A DNA stretch of 64,000 bases. Source: Macrostomum lignano. Lineage: Eukaryota. The notes under the pieces were generated by a model. The model searched no databases, had not been told where the DNA came from, and saw only the letters and a program-made list of their open reading frames with translations. Below, piece after piece: positions 37,411 to 64,000 of this stretch. The position numbers and the translations under genes are program-made. The stretch covers positions 62,001-126,000 of the forward strand of contig NIVC01001399.1 in assembly GCA_002269645.1 (NCBI GenBank), in the 5' to 3' direction. Within the stretch, counting starts at the first letter, position 1; each line of letters starts with the position of its first letter.

Positions 37411-38540
37411 ATATTGTATACCATTACTACTATTACAGGGAATTAAGTTTGGCAGTGCAGTATTCGGTATTCTTTGGTAAATTCCTTCAGATTTTATTCA
37501 TGCAAGTATTTAAACTAAACCACGGATTCTACCAAAAAAGCTGGTATTTCACTTTTGCACTTTCACGATCAATTGAGTCAAATAGTTAGCAGGGCCGCAC
37601 GTACTACTTTTTAATAACCATACCAGCTTTAGAACAGACATCAATACTCGGTTGCCGACAGTGCAGGTCGACTATATATAAATATTTTATTGCACACTTT
37701 ATCTAATTTGTCTGGCTTTAGCTGAAAAAATATGGCCTAAACTGTCCGATGGTCATTTTCACGGCTCGTATTTTAGCAATTAGTAAAATATTGATGGCCT
37801 CTTTTTTTTAATTACGAGAGTATCGACCTAATTCAAAATCTAAAATTAGTTTATGTTTATATATTAGCGGTACCCATATACGACCTATTTGTTTCACTGC
37901 TGCCAAACAAATCAAAAAAGGCAAAATACAAATAAAACGATTTATGTACTTATAGAATTGAAAAGTGTATTCTATTTATCTAACAGTCAATTGTATTTGT
38001 TAAAGTGCATTACTTTCGTGTGTTCTTTTGGTTCTTTAGACATGGACGTAGCTATTGGTCTATAGACATTGCGTACATTGACTGTATGAATGTTTAAATT
38101 GTCCATATACATGAGAGACATGAGAGACATCTGTACATTAGTCATGGAGTGCTAATATGCCGTAAACAAGTTGCATTAATTCAATTTCTAGAACAAAAAA
38201 AATCAAGTCTGTCACAGATTGCAAAAATACTTTAATTGTCGAAGTTTAACTACAAAAATAAAACAACATTTATGCTGATTTAACCAACAAATAATTTTGA
38301 TTTGTTTAAAATAATCTAAAAATTGTTTAAACAGAGCAATTTATAGTCAGTCTTGATGTCAATTCAGATGCGACAGGTTGAATTAACTTTACAATTATTA
38401 GACAAGTAACTTGTTTTGAAAGAGTCAATTAAATTAATTCATCGATATTAACAAACCAAAAGTCCATAGTAACGAAATCTGTGGACTGTGGACTAGGTAC
38501 ATTACATAATGATTAGGTCATTAATTTGATCGCATCCTGC

Positions 38541-58852
<20,312 letters not shown>

Positions 58853-59224
58853 GCTGGTTTTTTCAACAGCGTCTTCGTTCGCAAGAATTATCAAATTGTT
58901 TGATTAGTACCTAATGTACTTGTATCATTGCAAAAATCGGTAGTTCGACGTTTTCATTTCAGCGGCTATTAAACGAGGGTGTTCGGAGCTCTCAGGAGTT
59001 TCCGCTTTGGAAAATAGAAACTTTCTAGAAGCAATCGCTCTGTATATTTCAGTTGGAGAGTCTTGCAATTGGTCAGAATATGCTCAATAACTGCTGCCTT
59101 CCGATTGGATCGTACGAGCGTAGTAACAAGTCCCCCCTGAGCTGGTCTTTATCTCTATTTGCGTACACATCTTTCTTCTTTAATTGCGATTCCGTATCAC
59201 CCACTCCTATGCTGCCTGTCTACG

Positions 59225-59821
<597 letters not shown>

Positions 59822-60684
59822 TATTTCTCAAATTATATATTTATCTTCTGACTTGCGGCTTCTCTAAAGACTGAGAAATTTAGATGGATAATATTGATGG
59901 GGAATCGGAACTGCCTATGTAGATTTTGTCTCCTCACATATGGCAGGTGGGTGATTATTTATTCTCGCCAATAATAAGTTTGATGGTTGAAATCAAATTT
60001 GATTGCTACTCAATGGATAGCCTATCGAGAGTCGCTGAGCTTAGAGTGGAAAATATCCGCCAAGTTTTATGAGCCAGTTGTACGGGATTAGCGCAACTGG
60101 GCAGAATAATTCATATTGAGGCCAGCTTTTTCTCCGTCTAACCCCCTCCCCTGTTAATTCCTTCTCCTATACCCTCTGCCGCAGAGATCAAAGAGTCGGA
60201 CGGACCGCACCGTTGGGTGGTTGCTGAGGTAGAAAGAAAAAATCTCCTAGCTGAGCAAATTAATTAGTCCGGATTTGATTTGCGCGAGCCCGTGCGTCAT
60301 GTCGGATCCTTGATCTCTACGCCTCTTATCAGCCAGCAATATCAGAGGGCAATGAGGTCGTGTAATTCCATTTCCAATTGCTTGAGCTGGATTATTTAAT
60401 CGAAGGAGAGCTCGGAGTTTTCCGTATGAAAATTGTCGAGTTGTGGGACAATGGACAATCAATTAAGTTCTGCTTTTAGCTCGTAGAAGAAAGTTCAATT
60501 CGAGTAATGAAAGCATTTTTGGTGTAAAGTGAGTGTTCCATCAAACTACTATTAGTAGTTTTGAACTTTAATCGTACAGCTTTCACAAAAATTTGCTTTT
60601 CTTCATTTGGATTTTGCCATAAGACAAAGGACTTCGCCATAGGAGTTATAGTGCGTGCTACGAAAGCATTTGACTATGAGCCTG

Positions 60685-60930
60685 CTATCTGGGGATGTTT
60701 GCTATCTGGGGGATGCTTGCTATCTGGGGGATGCTTGCTATCTGGGGGATGCTTGCTATCTGGGGGTGCTTGCTATCTGGGGATGCTTGCTATCTGGGCA
60801 TGCTTGCTTTTTAGGGAGATGCTTGCTTTTTAGGGAGATGCTTGCTTTTTAGGGAGATGCTTGCTGTCTGGGGGATGCTTGCTGTCTGGGCATGCTTGCT
60901 ATTTAGGGAGATGCTTGCTGTCTGGGGGAT
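60685..60930. repeat. 18-bp minisatellite ATGCTTGCTATCTGGGGG and ATGCTTGCTTTTAGGGAG-like variants
   Basis: Direct reading. Confidence 0.88.
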
Positions 60931-61800
60931 GCATGCTTTCTACAAAGTATTTAAGGGGAATGCCTGCTATCTTTGTGAAGGCTTCATTTTATTGTCCTTT
61001 TGTTACTTTAAAAAAAGAGATTCAGCAAACACCATTGTCCGTGACAATTTTACTCGAATAAGGTGACTTATAAAACTGAAGAAGGAATAGATTCTCAAGA
61101 AAATGAGCTTTTTAATGGATTTGCATATATAAACTTTGCGCCTTGCTTATTGGCCGCCCCTATAGGAAGCTCTAGATTGCTAGTTTATTTCGAAAGTTGA
61201 TTTTGTCAACAAATTAGTAGATAACTGCATGTACAACAGATTGTCCAAGGATCTAGAATTTCAGTATATTTCACATATTTGACGATAATAACGAAAACTT
61301 GTATTATCATCTTTGTAACAGAGTTCTTTGTATATGTATAGACATTTGCCGTCTAAAAACATTGAAGCAACATTTTTCTGTACTGTGTCAGCGTCATTCT
61401 CTCACTCGGAGTCATGCTGAGGAAAACTCTATAGTTCTGTTGAACTGTTCTGCGTGTTTACTCACTCTCTGAAAATGTATAGTCTCACGAGCACAATGGC
61501 CTTTCTAGCTATGTACGCAGACAGAATCCATTTGAAGAGAGCGCTTCTTTTCTCTCTCCCTCTCTCTCTCTGCTTCATTTTAATCTCGTCTTCTTTTAGT
61601 TAGTTGGTTTTCTTCTCAGAGAGAAGATCGTTCACAGAGATTCGACTTGGACTGTGATGGGTATTGAGCTGTATAACCCGCAGCAGCCACCCTATTGTCA
61701 AACAGCCAGCTTAAACCACCACTGAGCGAATTCAGTTTGTCAGCTCTGTGGTCTGTCTGACGCGGAGATTAGTGACTTAACGAACTGAAACAATCGAGAA

Positions 61801-62386
61801 ATGGCTTTGCAATTTACAAGCAGTTTTATCCTGCTAGCTATTGGCTGCATCGCAGTTGGCATCGCAACGGCTCAGGATTCTACGCTGGGTGATGTAGCTG
61901 ATCCAACCAGTTCGACCGGGTTCAGGACATCCGCTGTTGGCCTGGATTCAACAAGCACCTTTGACTCCGGCTTTACTGGCACAGCTGCTACTGCGGGCAG
62001 CACTGACGGCGTCGTTATGACGACAACAAAATTCACGTCAACGTCAACTGTGACTACGACTGCGACAACTGCCGCAGTTACCAGTGCTTTACCGACAACA
62101 CCACCATTTAATAATGAGACCTATCTTATCAGCCTTGGTTAGTTTGTTGATGCAGCTATGATAATGCTATGTGTACTATTGAAACCAATTAGAAAAGCCG
62201 AACTTTTTGCAGCAATCATCTGGAATGGCGAAGATGTTTCTACTGAAGCGAAACGACAGTTCGCCTCGTACATCTTCCCGAGCTTCGCTGCCGCGTGCCC
62301 GACTTCTTCGAGGCTCAATAGAACAAGCATCAACCTGGTTGTTGTGCAGCTCGAGACATTGCTCAATCTAGACGATGTGCAAATCT
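61801..62386 (+). CDS. Secreted or cell-surface protein with signal peptide and Ser/Thr-rich mucin-like region; exons 61801..62137 and 62213..62386, a further exon possibly about 63001..63239
   Basis: MALQFTSSFILLAIGCIAVGIATA|Q signal peptide, then a Thr/Ser-rich stretch. A 75-nt GT-AG phase-1 intron joins to AIIWNGEDV.... The downstream junction is unresolved. Confidence 0.65.
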
Positions 62387-62474
62387 GTGAGTGACACACT
62401 CGGTTACTGGCCATTCGTCCACCTTCACACTCCATCTAAATCACGCATTTGACAATTTCACCCGCTCTTTTCCA

Positions 62475-62930
62475 CAGCAACACTCACCCTTTTACACAGC
62501 ATCACTCACCCTTTCACACAGCATCACTCACCCTCTCACACAGCATCACTCACCCTCTCACACAGCATCACTCACCCTCTCACACAGCATCACTCACCCT
62601 CTCACACAGCATCACTCACCCTCTCACACAGCATCACTCACCCTCTCACACAGCATCACTCACCCTCTCACACAGCATCACTCACCATTTCACACAGCAT
62701 CACTCACCCTTTTCCACAGCATCACTCACCCTTTCACACAGCATCACTCACCCTCTCACACAGCATCACTCACCCTCTCACACAGCATCACTCACCCTCT
62801 CACACAGCATCACTCACCCTCTCACACAGCATCACTCACCCTCTCACACAGCATCACTCACCATCTCACACAGCATCACTCACCCTCTCACACAGCATCA
62901 CTCACCCTCTCACATAACATCACTCGCTCT
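62475..62930. repeat. 22-bp minisatellite CACAGCATCACTCACCCTCTCA
   Basis: Direct reading; about 20 units. Confidence 0.95.
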
Positions 62931-63277
62931 TCCACACACCATCACTCACTGTTTCACACACCAGCACTCGCCCTCTTGCACCTCATCTCATATCCCAGAG
63001 TTCCTGGTGTATCAATATCCAACAAAAGTGCATCAAGAAGTTTTACGCTATACAATTTTTTCAGTACAAAATGCCCTGTCTGTGTCCAACTACCTGTTCA
63101 CGGGATTGAAGAGCAGTCCGCTCACGCCTCTACTGGAAACGGTTTTATCCAACACTACAGTGCCTGGCTACTATCTGATGAACTATCACACAGTGGCTCC
63201 GATGTCCTTAACTCTGCTGCAAGACGCGCTGATTAAGGTACTAAATTGATTTACCTTATGTAGTAGGGGAGGGGGGG

Positions 63278-64000
<723 letters not shown>

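Overview
Eukaryotic, intron-containing, extremely repeat-rich invertebrate DNA. The style suggests a flatworm such as Macrostomum, but that is inference only. Five spliced genes can be rebuilt by hand with GT-AG junctions and matching phases: NAD kinase (+, 5 exons, 470 aa); an FMRFamide-receptor-like class A GPCR (+, 2 exons, 527 aa); SPATA17 (-, 4 exons, 359 aa) head-to-head with a C2orf73/CIMIP6-like gene (+, 4 exons, 306 aa); and a 5-HT1-like serotonin receptor (-, 3 exons, 448 aa) whose introns are filled with satellites. A sixth gene, secreted and Ser/Thr-rich, starts at 61801 and its 3' structure is unresolved. Mobile DNA includes a BED-finger hAT element with its left end and a tandem TAG-TGA lesion, a 591-bp TIR element with a 6-bp target duplication, a decayed mariner, two tRNA-derived SINE copies, two L2-like 3' tails, a PHD-finger relic and the 3' end of an RNase H-bearing non-LTR element. 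About 25 micro- and minisatellite arrays account for most of the long ORFs in the track. The most unusual signals are the unclassified 6-bp-TSD element, a tandem array of tRNA T-arm/B-box units, a CCAAT-box satellite bracketing the last serotonin-receptor exon, a 3.8-kb (GEVLVF)n frame with almost only conservative variants, and X-box-like motifs in the bidirectional promoter of two ciliary genes. No CRISPR, rRNA or complete tRNA gene was seen.
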